A DNA stretch of 59,392 bases, the filler included, from Sluysia triapertura (lineage: Eukaryota), in the NCBI GenBank assembly GCA_046118255.1. It is 3 parts of 3 records of this genome, joined end to end, with 100 filler letters (N's around TTAATTAATTAA, not from the genome) between each part and the next. Parts side by side here need not be neighbours in the genome. Positions count along the whole stretch, not along the records: positions 15,958 to 28,662 come from JBJNIA010088241.1; positions 28,763 to 59,392 come from JBJNIA010241768.1; 1 more part is not named here. One strand, given 5' to 3'. Position 1 is the first letter of the stretch. Each line of letters opens with the position of its first letter. Below are positions 25,285 through 37,700 of the stretch, one piece after another. The position numbers and the translations under genes were made by a program. Under the pieces are notes generated by a model. It saw nothing but the letters and a program-made list of their open reading frames with translations. It made no database searches and had not been told where the DNA came from.

Positions 25285-26661
25285 TTTACAAAATATTTTA
25301 TAATTATTTAATATTAAATTAAAAGTGATGTGTATGGAGTAATGAAATGAATCTTTTAATGAATTAATATAAAAAAATGTTATGTTTAATTTTGATAGAT
25401 GACAAAGCTGTGAGGGCTCGTTATATCGTGACTTATAATCATACAGATGTATTTTATATCCAAAATTGCTACATATGAATCTCGAAAATTTTAAAGTTTT
25501 AAAGTTTGACCGTAGTGGTCGTAAAGTCTTTGAATCATTACATATTACTAGCTGATGTGAAACGCATGTGCCTGCGTTATCAAAGGATATTTTATGAGAT
25601 GAAATTTTAATTTGTGCTTTGACGTGATCCTTATGGAAATTATTTATATAAATGTAGAATTTAATTTTAGAAAACAATTTATTAAACCTTTGATCTTTAC
25701 TTGAATCAAGAACCTTCGGAGTCACTTTATTGCTTGATTTAATAAGAATTTTTATTAAATTATCATATAATTTAGGATTTGAAACAAATTTATAATACCA
25801 AAAAAATTTAAAAGCTTTATAACAATGATTTATTAGAAATTGAAGTACGTTCATATACGACAAGAATTTTGCTGCAATTGTTGGAAGCTGCTCTTCTCCG
25901 TCCATGGGTTCAGACATATCGTAATAAGGCATGAATAATCTGCAATAAATTATATAATATTGTTCATGAGTATAAAAACTAAATATACAATTGAAATTCA
26001 ATGTCAACTTACCACTTGATAACTTCGCACCTTCTTCATGACGATGTTCCAGCTTACCGTTGCCAATACATGATAATATAGTAAGATCATATTCATCATC
26101 GTTTGTACTCTGGATGACATTGCTAGTAAATGATAATATTCTAGGATCAAACTCATCATCGTTTACACTCTGCTTTGTATTGCTAACAAATGCTAATATT
26201 GTAAGATTGTACCCATCATCATTTACACTCTGCTTTATATTGCTAATACAAGATAATATTCTAGGATCATATCTAACATCGTTTACACTCTGCTTTACAT
26301 TACTAATAAATGGTGACATTCTAGGATCATACTCATTATCGTTTACACTCTGCTTTATATTACTAATACATGATAATATTCTAGGATCATATCTAACATC
26401 GTTTGCACTCTGCTTTGCATTACTAATAAGTGATAACGTTCTAGGATCATATCTAACATCGTTTACACTCTGCTTTATATTACTAACATCGTTTGCACTC
26501 TGCTTTATATTACTGCTAAATGATAATATTCTAGGATCGTACTCATCATCGTTTACACTGTGCTTTATACTGCTACTAAATGATATTATTCTAGGATCGT
26601 ACTCATCATCGTTTACGCTCTGCTTGATCGTTAATCGTAGGTCTCTATTTGATATTGTCAT
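25279..26661 (-). CDS. 460-aa ORF: about 9.5 copies of a 20-aa repeat (KQSVNDDEYDPRILSFISNI-like) plus about 260 aa of unique sequence; probably mobile-element derived
   Basis: The unique part stays open for about 260 codons. The one truncated repeat unit loses 30 nt and keeps frame. No recognisable domain. Confidence 0.5.
   Translation of the reverse strand: MTISNRDLRLTIKQSVNDDEYDPRIISFSSSIKHSVNDDEYDPRILSFSSNIKQSANDVSNIKQSVNDVRYDPRTLSLISNAKQSANDVRYDPRILSCISNIKQSVNDNEYDPRMSPFISNVKQSVNDVRYDPRILSCISNIKQSVNDDGYNLTILAFVSNTKQSVNDDEFDPRILSFTSNVIQSTNDDEYDLTILSCIGNGKLEHRHEEGAKLSSGKLTLNFNCIFSFYTHEQYYIIYCRLFMPYYDMSEPMDGEEQLPTIAAKFLSYMNVLQFLINHCYKAFKFFWYYKFVSNPKLYDNLIKILIKSSNKVTPKVLDSSKDQRFNKLFSKIKFYIYINNFHKDHVKAQIKISSHKISFDNAGTCVSHQLVICNDSKTLRPLRSNFKTLKFSRFICSNFGYKIHLYDYKSRYNEPSQLCHLSKLNITFFYINSLKDSFHYSIHITFNLILNNYKIFCKC
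26068..26625. repeat. 60-bp minisatellite, about 9.5 units
   Basis: Unit TGATAATATTCTAGGATCATA(C/T)(T/C)(C/T)A(T/A)CATCGTTTACACTCTGCTTTATATT(G/A)CTAATA(C/A)A recurs at 26071, 26131, 26191, 26251, 26311, 26371 and 26431, then a half unit, then 26521 and 26581. Confidence 0.97.
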
Positions 26662-27103
26662 AAAGATTAGGTCTGATAATTGTGTAGGAGCTGCCGAAAA
26701 TTAAAGTAATTGTAGTATTTTTTTGCTTTGTAATGTGTAATAAAAAATGGCTGTTTACCAAACCATTGAATCAGCACACAAGAAACTGCAAAATAAAATG
26801 GCTGCCGAAAAATTACTGTGTATGATACTTGTATAATTTTGTCTGTGTGTAAGCAACACTGAAATTTTATTTGCCGAATTTCTGCCGTGTAGAATGCCCA
26901 ATCAGAGCATATTTTATCATTATAACAGTGCTTTTAGTTCTGATTGGGTAATGTCACCAATGGTAAGATTTTAATTATACACCATCATCAGTAATGAGTG
27001 GTGAATGACGTAATTAAATGAGGTGTCATTACCGATGATGATGACAACAACTTTTGCATTATGTGTTTGAATAATTTGTTACGTAATAAACTATTTAATC
27101 AAA

Positions 27104-27252
27104 TAAATACTAATAATTGTAGTACTAATAAGAATAATAATAATACTAATAATGAAAGTAATAATAATAAGAATAATAACAATAATAATAGTAATAATTA
27201 TAATAAAAATATGATGGAAAGTGATAATAAGAATAATAATAATGATGAATAA
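27104..27252. repeat. Degenerate (AAT)n low-complexity tract
   Basis: Directly visible. Confidence 0.8.
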
Positions 27253-27539
27253 AAATAACAGTACATGAATGTCTTTATATCTTTTTACACGAGCTCCTTC
27301 TTTCGAATCTTTATATTCTGAGATAAAATTTAAGATACGAAATGAAATGAAAAGAGATAGCGGAAAAGATAAGTTTCATTCTCACATAGTGAAACTAATA
27401 GAACCAGATACTATTTCAATAAGATTTTTAAAAACCTATTTAGTTATTTTGACAATTGAATAAGAAATAAATTTATACTAAAACCGATATAATAACATTA
27501 TTCTATTCTGATATGGTTAAATCATATTTGAAAAATGAA

Positions 27540-28063
27540 GTTATTCATAAATATTGCTGTGGTTTTCTTAATAGCTAAACCTACAGCAAAATAAAAATTG
27601 AGCAGGGTCCGGTTACAGTAAACATCTTACAACTAGTAGTTGGCGCTTCTGTAACTAATAAGTTGAGAATTTTACTATATTTACTTTAGAAATGAATTTA
27701 AGACGTTTCTAACAATTTTGTTAAGAGGGTCTTAATTTTAAATAGTACAATAAAGAAAAACTCGATTAACTTTTCAATTATATTAAACTAAATGTATGCG
27801 TAAAATAATACAAAAATAAAACAACAAAATATTATTATATGATCCAAATCCTCTTGGGATATTCGATCTAATTGCTTTTAAAATTTAAGTAGAAAATTTC
27901 CCCTCAATATATCGGAGTCCTTACAATATTAAAGCTAAAAATTGATTTTTCCTGTATTTTTAGATCTTGACTTTTATAAAGATAATTTTTTGGAAAATAA
28001 TTTTCTTTTTTAGAAAACAAACATTTATAGATGATTTTAGAGGGTCGTGATGGCAACCTAACA
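27540..28063. mobile_element. Fragments of the same LTR-like family in opposite orientations
   Basis: GCTGTGGTTTTCTTA...AACCTACAGCAAAATAAAAATTGAGCAG on plus, and the terminus GGGTCGTGATGGCAACCTAACA at 28063. Confidence 0.5.
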
Positions 28064-28662
28064 ATAGGTAACTCAATAAATTCAACACTAATATCTCCAT
28101 TCAGCTACTAAGCTGCTCTGAATTAAAATAAATGTACTTAATAAGCATAATTTTATCAAAATACTTTAATCTATTCATTAAATTTTGAAATTAAACAAAA
28201 CAAGGCATTTAAACAACTTAGAAATAAATAAATTACCTACAAATTCTGATTTATTATAGAAAACTTTTTGAAATACCAAAAATAACAATTATTTTACAAT
28301 TACATTAAAAAAGTTTAAATATAAAAATATTCATCAATTAATTGTTATAGAATTAATTTTTCTACTTTATATCTATATTTATTTTACTAAATTAAGATTT
28401 AAATTGTGTGATTTATAGAATATCTGGCATTAAAAAATATATTCTATAAATCTTGTTTAACAAAATATATATTCATTTTTCATTGTTATTTTTGTTTAAT
28501 CATTTCAGCTTAGATATTGTTATGTCAAGAATGCAAATCAAGAATGCAAAAGTAATCAAAAATAATGATTGAACAAATATTCGATTGATTTGATTTTATT
28601 GTTTTATTTGATGATTTTATTGTTTTATTAATTGTTTGACGTTTGTTTAATATTGATTTTAT

Positions 28663-28762
28663 NNNNNNNNNNNNNNNNNNNNNNNNNNNNNNNNNNNNNN
28701 NNNNNNTTAATTAATTAANNNNNNNNNNNNNNNNNNNNNNNNNNNNNNNNNNNNNNNNNNNN
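28663..28762. other. Assembly spacer N44-TTAATTAATTAA-N44
   Basis: Same 100-nt structure as 15858-15957. Confidence 0.97.
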
Positions 28763-29449
28763 TTTATATATGAATTAGAGCCCACGAAATTGAATTAAAA
28801 TTTAGATAAAACAAAATTTTATCTAATTTTAGATAAGTATTCAATTAAATAAGGAACTGAAACATCTAACCACTTCTATTTCAAACCATCGAAGCGAGTA
28901 TTCGAATTCACACTTCTATATAAGGTGAATATAATATAAAATACAAATAATATTTGTGGAATAAGACAATAGTTGGGTTTTATATTGACAAAAGATTGTA
29001 TCTCAAATTAAACTTAATTCAAAGTGAGAATATTAATAGGGAAGTTTAAAATATTAAGAATAAGAATTTTTAAAGAAATTTAAATTATTAGTAGAAGCTA
29101 CATACAATTCTATAAAATAAAAAACATCATTCAAGTGTACACACATTTTTAAAAAGAATCACATAACGCATTTAAATTTTTTACAATAATATCGGGAAAA
29201 ATTACGCATGATTTTTCATATGTTGTACTATAACGTTTTATTCAGTGTTTTAATATACTTATTGAATTTCGCATCTAAGGGAGAAAACTTGAATTTTATC
29301 CTGAACACCTAAGACGATCCTTTAGAATAAATTTCGATTAAGACTTTTATAAAGAATAAAATTAAGAAATTTTTAATTTTTAAACGCAAGAAAGTAAGAA
29401 AATTAAAAAATTAAGAATCCATAAATAAAAACTACTAAATAAATTTAAC

Positions 29450-29457
29450 ATTATTAC

Positions 29458-29517
<60 letters not shown>
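29450..29517. repeat. (ATT)n microsatellite
   Basis: Directly visible; in frame as poly-Asn behind ARID2 exon 5. Confidence 0.93.
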
Positions 29518-29538
29518 CACCATCATCATCGTCATTAC

Positions 29539-29687
29539 CATATTCTTGACATTGTATACTTGAATTTTCTTTGATGTTACCACTCCTTTCACTTTCAGAT
29601 CTCCAAACTAAATTTGAATATATTAATCGACTGGTGCCATTCGAACCTCCTTCAACTTTTACCTGAACCTCGGAACCGAATACCTCT
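29539..29687 (-). CDS. ARID2: ARID2 coding exon 5 (end of RFX-like domain)
   Basis: cttcag acceptor at 29688-29689, phase 2; EVFGSEVQVKVEGGSNGTSRLIYSNLVWRSESERSGNIKENSSIQCQEY. Ends either at the G|GTAATG donor (29538) or reads on through a poly-Asn run to TAG at 29435-29437. Confidence 0.75.
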
Positions 29688-31712
29688 CTGAAGTAAAATA
29701 CATGATTTGCGTGATATATTGTTTTTATTAAGTGATTAAAATAACATTTTATTTATATAATATTTAACTAATATTTATGTATATGATAGATAAAAGAAGA
29801 ATCTATAAAATGAATAAGCAACATTATATTAGAAGAAAAGATTCAAATTTTCATACCACAACCAGTTTTGAAATTTTAATATTACCTATATTAAAGGGTG
29901 AAAGTTTTTATTCAACAGTTTATTTTGTAGCTACATTTCATGAACCGAATATTTTTGATTTCTGCAATTATAGATTGTATTATTAAATTAATCCAGTTTC
30001 TGAATTATCATATCGCAACAATTAGTATATGTATTAACTAATTTTTGATAAATATATTATCCATTTAGAAATATCACCACATAAATATGCACAATTTTGA
30101 AAATACATTTCAGTTTGATTCCAACAAGAATTGAATTGAACAATTTTTCTGAAGGTTCCAGCTTAAGACTTTTAATTGTCATGTATGCATATTCTGTAAT
30201 CCATTTCAAACTAATTGTTATAAAATTGAATTATTTTCATTAATCTTTAAAGTGGCGTCCTAGGTTTATGAATTGAAAAAACATTAAAACTTTTTTCAGG
30301 AATTCCTTTTAATTGACTTTATACCGACAAATATCCAAATTGTCAATATTCGATTTTAATACATTATTAAATAATTTTATGTATTTTAAAGGATGCTTAT
30401 AGAAATTTCACATTAACATAAACTTCCAGCATATTTAAATATTTAAATAACATAGATATAACATGACTTTAAAAGGTTTAAAAAATCCAAATACACTAAT
30501 AAATGAGCTCAGAATAAGATTGAAGAATTTATTATTCACTTAAGTAGGTAGAACCTACTCATATCGATTTTAACAAAATATAAAACGTATTTACTCGGCA
30601 AATGAATCACATTTTAAGATATCCAACAATTCAAGCACAGCCGTGTACTTTATATATCTTATTTCATTTAATATTCCAAATAAGTTGAATATTTGATAAT
30701 TAGATAGACCAGAGTTCCCAAACTTTTTCTCTCGTTTTGTCATGTTTTTCAATTTTAGATAGACTCCTGCTATTCACTTTGAAAGATTTAAATTTCTAAC
30801 AGTAGTGAATTACCTATAGCAGTGATTCCCAAAGTGGTCTGTATCGATCCCCAGGGGTCGTACTATGGAGCGAGTGAGACGCGTATAAAATGCTCTGAGA
30901 TCAAGTGAAAGTGAATAATATTATATTTTTGTTATTTTTTTAGTGTCAAAATTATATCAATTATACTGTTTTTTTTTACAATTTCTTGCCATTGACCCCT
31001 ATTTTCATTGCATAGGCCCACGTAGACCACTTGAAGATTTTCATCGACACTAGGAGGTCGATATAGACCACTTTGGGAATCACTGAGATAAACCTAATTT
31101 TATAGAAAATAAATAATTATACATTAAAACAAGCACATTCTATGTACTATAATCACTTTTATATTAAAATTAAACTTACTTTATACAGTTATGTAATTGT
31201 GTTGAAGATAATAACCGATAAGTTTTATTCGGAGAACCTGTATTGAATTCTTGAAGAAATAAATTGAGTGCATTCACAAGATCTTGTTTCAATACAAAAC
31301 CTTTATCTTTCACTTTAAATGTAGATTGAAGCCATTGTTTAGCACGATTACTGCGATCTTCTATTAGTGCATTAGCTTCAAATGTCATCTCAGATCGTAA
31401 CTGTGTTTGTAATCGTATAGTATTTTTCCCACTTATTTCCGCTGACGCACGTGACAAAGCTGCAGCAGCTTGAGCCTGAGTAATGAGTCCATTGGCAGAC
31501 GAAATTGGAATAGTATGAGGTGGAGAATTTGGACCACTGTTATTACTGGACTTACAATTCAACATGTTGGGACTAGAATTTAAGTTTGGGTAGCTACGTT
31601 TTCTTTTCAACATTGAAGGAGTTGGTAAACTTGGTGGCGGCATTTTTTCTGAATCATCTCCACTGCAAATATTATTAACATGTTCTATTCGCACACTTAG
31701 TGGACTGTGGTG

Positions 31713-31769
<57 letters not shown>

Positions 31770-34700
31770 TTGATTAACTGGAGGCGAACCGTTCTGATGA
31801 ATGACTTCTTGAATCATAAGTTTTTGACTTTCTATAAATGCACTTCTTTGAAATTCAGCAGATGGACTTTTCGGATTATTATTACTATTATTATTAGAAT
31901 AGGGATAGTGTCCATTATATTGCAAATAAGGTAGGATATAACTTTTGTTTTCAACTAACTCAATTTTTAATTCTCTATCTTCTTGCGATTGTTCATGTTG
32001 TGCCGTTACAATTGGATAATTATTATTAATATTATTAATTGTACTGCTATTAATAATACCATTACAATTTTTTAAATTATCTTCATCAGAAAAACATTTA
32101 ATTTTTACAATTTTTCGAGTTTGTTGTGAATGTACATTGACACAATTTTGTCCTGAAAAAGATGTGGATGGGGGAGATTGAATTAGTCTTTCGAGCGTTG
32201 AACTCGTGTTCATGTGTGATATGGGATTTGTACTAAACGAGCGATTGACAAGTGAATTAATTTGCTGAAGAGGCGTAAGAGGTTTTTGAGGTATTGGAGG
32301 ATGTGCAAATTGTGAGTTAAAATAATTACTATTTAAAACAGAAGGCTGATTGCACGGATTTGGAAGATGAAGTGCTTGTTGAGAATACGATCGTTGAATA
32401 GATGTTGGTGTCGTCGTACTCGGCATAGATATTGCTGGTCTATAATTATAAGTTTTTATTCGATATACAGCTTCACGACCAAATATTTGAGCCTCTAATC
32501 GAACGTAAATGAGTAAAGTACGTAAAAGATTATGTACCAGTGCCATACGTCGACATAGGGCTTCACCAAGTTGTGAAAGCGCTAATAAGGTTTCTAAAGC
32601 GCAGCAAATTGGTTGTATATCGTTTATAATTAATAAAGACGTAAGATTTGTGATGTGAGAAGTAGAAATTCTTTGTTGAAGAATTCGATGGTTAGGTTCG
32701 CGAAGACAGAGAGATTGCAAAAGTTCGCAAGCACCAATTCGACATCCTCGATCTGATTCTACTAATAATTCATCAAGTTGGGTAAGAATATAATTTGGAA
32801 ACCATGATGGAGAATCGAAAGTAGCTGAATCGTCTGGTAGTACTAATGCTAACCGTGAAAGAATATGAAGAGCTAAATGTCGTAGAATAGGTCTTTGAGT
32901 GTGGAGGCAAAGAAAAATGAAGCGTAATAACTGAGTATGGTGAGGTGCCAACGAGGCACACGTTGAGAACTCTTTTGGAGGTTCATGATTTGGAGCATTA
33001 CTTGGTATTGGTGAATTCACTGTCAAATTGTATAATATAGTCGCAATAATTTCTAAACGGTTCATACAATATTGCGTCACTGTATGGGATGGAACAGGCT
33101 CTTGAAATAGGCATATATCTGTAGCAGCATCACAGGTAGATTCGGAATTTAGAAGACAATCAAATTCATTTTCTGAAACATTAAAAAAGATTAATTAATA
33201 TTGAAAAGCAACAACAAAAAATTCATTTGAAAGTTCAAAATATATTTTAATATTAAATACATAAAATCACAACGAATTAAAATACAACGCATGTGATTTT
33301 AAAGACGAGCTTTATTATTAAATATAACTCCATAGTAGCAATCCCAATCAGCGAATACCTGAAGCTAGAATATATATTTTGTTATGATGCTATAAGTTTA
33401 CGCAGATAAAAAATATTTGACATTATAAATAAAATTTATAATTTACGAGCTCATGTAAGATAACCATATGGATGAAAAATAAGAAGCCCCAAAGCAACAA
33501 ACACATTCAACACAAATTTAAGCTTCAATTCAAAATAAATCAATGTTAAATTTTAATCGATAACTTTTACATAAGTTCGTTTCCCACTACGAGTTAATTC
33601 ATAGAACGTTGTTTTACCTGCGCTACATACGATCAAACTCGTAGTATTTTGAAGGTCTCTGGCTTTGGGAATGAGAAAGAAACAAAAGTTGGCGCAATTC
33701 AAGAGATTTATTATAATTAGCAAAAGTATATGATTATAACATAAGTATAAATAATATAATAATTATAAAATAACGTTATTTACTACAAGTTAAGACGAAA
33801 ATACATATCTTAAGCTAAAATTTGATTTTAAGCAGGTTTCTCTGTTCATATTTGACAATAATATCTTGTTTCATTTTGTATTTTTGGGCTTTTGCATACT
33901 CTACTGGTTGCGAAGTCTCAACCGCGTCATCATCTTATAAATTATCTGATGCATGTGAATTGCTCGATCTCGATCCCTTCGATGACACATAATTATCATT
34001 ATCAGAATCGCCAATGAATGGCATCCAATTCTTACTCACTCATATTTGCGTAATATTCAAGTTCTTGCTCCTTTGGTCTTTTTAGCAAAATATTAGGATA
34101 AATTTGTATGCAGCACAATGCCACGAAAATTTATAAATGTAATAAACTTATTTTACTATAGAAAAATTACAATCAAAACCAACTTATAACGAAAATTAAA
34201 TTCTTCATTAATATAAAATCAAATGTGAAAATTACATGAAATATATTTCATATTGTTTTATAAATTTAAGGTCAAAATTAGTTTTACTTATTTTATTAAA
34301 TTAGCATATCAAAGAGAACATGTGCAAAAAATAAAAGGCCGAATTATATTCCTGGAAGTGCAAAAACGTAATTGTAGATCGACTTTTTCTATTATAAATA
34401 AATCTTTTGTAATTCCAATGCACCAATTCAAAAAATAAAATTATATAAAAAAATGATTATGGTTATAGGTACTGCTTTTATTACTAGTTGAAATTGCTTA
34501 TTATTATTAGTTCATTTTTAATATTATATTGTAAATAATGCTTTCAAAATTATAAACAATTTTATTGCTCTCTTGAGAACTTCAAAATTATAAATAATTA
34601 GATTTAATGTTTTAAATGTGATTTTAATGTTTATGTAACACTAAACCTACCACCACGAAAGGTTAGTGAACCTCTTTTAAACTTTTTTATAATTTTTATA

Positions 34701-37700
34701 ATTTGACGTTACTAGTTTTATTGAAAAATATTTATTTTTCATTATTTACTCCTCTCGTTAATTTTTTTACCAAAAAATATGTACTCTACCTTCCACAGAA
34801 TGATTTACGTATAATTACAGATTTATATGCGAGATTATGTGAAAAAAATCAATGATTACACATTTTGGCTCTTGAATTATATTGCATCACCTCAAATATG
34901 ACAAGAAAATCAGGATGTTAAAACAATACAAATTAAGTGTTCTGAAACAAGAGAAATTGAACTATGGAACACGGATGAGAGTTCTTAGATGTTTGTGAAG
35001 ATGAGAAAAGTTTTGAACGTCCTTAAAAGATAAGAAACTGAAACTGCTATTGGTGAAGAATACCAATGTATTGACACTGCGACTAATTGGTCGACTATAT
35101 GATAAGAAATAGAAGGTTCAATACATTGACGAGGACCATTCATAATTTTTAGGGCGTTTGCAAACCCGATAGGTTATGCAAAGCGAAATATTATGAAAGG
35201 AAAACTGAAGGGTGTATTGCTCACCCTTAACGCATAAGCTGAGCTGAATGAAATGTGACTTCCGAAAAATTTGATACATTCATTGCTCTTCTATATGCAC
35301 GCCGCACTTTTAATGAAATGATAAGGTTTTTTCGCTTCGATAATATAAGTCAACGAAGCCAGCTCTTGTAAATGAATAAAGTTGTTCTAATTTCGGAATT
35401 TATCCAGAATAGTCAAAATTGTTACAAACCTGACTATTGATGAACAGCTTTTCTCGACTAATATATATGCAGCGCAAACCGTATAAGTTGGCATAAAATT
35501 CTGGCTAGCATCTGACGTAAACATTAAAAGTGGATTTTCATATTTGAGACGGAGTATCTTCAGTTTCCCTTGGTGAGTTCGTCCTTCTCAAACAAACGGA
35601 ACCGGTTAAAGAGTGAGTAAAGCGCATCATCACTGATGTTTTATGAGCGGATCACTAGTTGCAAAATTATTAGAGAAACTACTATTGTTGTAATTATTTG
35701 TGGAAAAAAAGATTACCAAAATATGCCAAGCAAGCAAAAGAAAGTGCCACGTATTTCAACTAATTTTATACACGTTTGTACACTTGCAGTTTATAAAAAA
35801 AACCAAATAACACAGTGCTCTTATTAAGCTCAAATCACAAATCAACAAACATTGAAAAAATAATAAGCGTAGACCTAAAACAATCAGATACTACAGTATC
35901 ACTAAATTCGGCGTAGGCATGAAAGACCATATGGTAAGAAAATACTCGATGAAATGTGGTTGGAATAAACGTGTGGGTATTATAGTGAGAAAAAATTTCT
36001 CGGTAACACTTCATTCAAATTAGGTGAAGATGCTGCTGAAGGTTTTCAACATTTACAGCAAGCATAAGCATTACAAACGAGTTTGGTAAATGTTCCTTAA
36101 TAAATCCTATAATTTGCAGAAAATGCGTTAAAAATGAGCAAATTTTGCATATCAATATTTCTAAATTTAGGATTAAATGTAAAAGTATTTGATATTTTTC
36201 TTATAATTTTGTTTTAAATCAAATGATACTAAATGGAAAATTTAATGAGTGTCATTTGACCCTCTGGTATAAATGAATATGTATGAAATATCGAAAGATT
36301 TAGTGTAAATGACTTAGTGAAAATGATACTTAATGATTCATTTTACATAAATGGAAATACGTGTTCAAAAGGAAAAATTTAACTTACGCATTTTATTTGT
36401 TAATATTGCATTCCATTAATTATGTTTAAAGTAATTTTAATAAAATTTAATTTTATAAAAGGTCTTACACCATTTTTAGTATTTTATTTGAACAAAACTA
36501 AAAAGAATTTTATGATCTTTTAAATTATATATTAAACGTAAAGAAAACTTTCTTATAAAACCTCCAATAATGGCAAAATTAGTACCAAAATGTAATTATA
36601 TAAAAAGCCTAGTATGTCATTTTCTTTCACATTTTCAAGTGACGTTAACAAATTATAAAAAGTATATACACATTTTAATTATGCATTAATAACTAGTCAT
36701 ACTTGTTTTTTAAATGGTAAATAATTATCTTTATAACATCAAATACATATACACACAAACTAGTTCCAAATGCGACTTGATTTAATCCAATGTTTTCATT
36801 AATTTCAATTCATACTGTTATTGTTGATGAATAATTACTCTTTTATATAATAATATTAAGGTTTTTATCAACAAAAACCTTAAATATACAAAATTATTTC
36901 TACTGAATAAGTTTAAATGTTAAAAAAGCTTTAACATGCATTATTTAACATTTACCTTATTAAAAAGGTCGTTAAAAGACTTATTGTTATGATAGAATAT
37001 TTCAGTGAGACAATCCTTTATCAAAAATTGATAACCGGTAATTTTTTGAATTACTGATAAATTGCCGGTGATTTATATCTATTAAAAAGATGGATGTATT
37101 GCAGTATGTAAACATTTGTAAATGTTTGTAATTTTATTTGTAAATATTTGCATCTTTATTTTATAAGCATTTTAAAAATAATTTGCAAGGAAATGTAAAT
37201 TATAAAATATGTAAATAAATATTAATATTTTAGATATCTAATAAATATTTTAATTAAATAAAAGAATTTGGAAAATAAAATGTATTAAAACTTTTTGAAT
37301 AAAGAAATATTTACAATTGAAAATTATACGATTAAAAAATTATTACATTTTATACGAAACGGTCATTAAAATTTTTTTCTACATTTTATTATTAAAAAAT
37401 CATAAAAAGTTAAATAGATTCAAAGTTATAAATCATAAAAAAGTTAACAACCACATAAAATAGAAACAAACAGACTCAAATGTTCGTAGAAAAATCATCA
37501 AATTTAGTTTACAAAAATGTTTACAATAGTCATCAAACTTCAACAATTTTGTCAAATATGGATCATAAGAAGAATAAATAAAAAGTGATAAATCTTTCAT
37601 ACTGGTCGATTAACGTACTCGTCAAACCGAAAGTAGCATTAACTGATCGTCAAGAAAGGATAAAGTTTCCAGAAATAAGTTCACTCAACATGCATAATTC

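Noticed and set aside
26068-26625. Regular 60-bp periodicity as a CRISPR array
   Set aside because: No unique spacers, whole units repeat, eukaryotic context, and no cas genes.
30196-30210. NPF codon triplet as the missing epsin C-terminal exon
   Set aside because: Single motif beyond an assembly spacer, inside an ARID2 intron, with no convincing exon frame.
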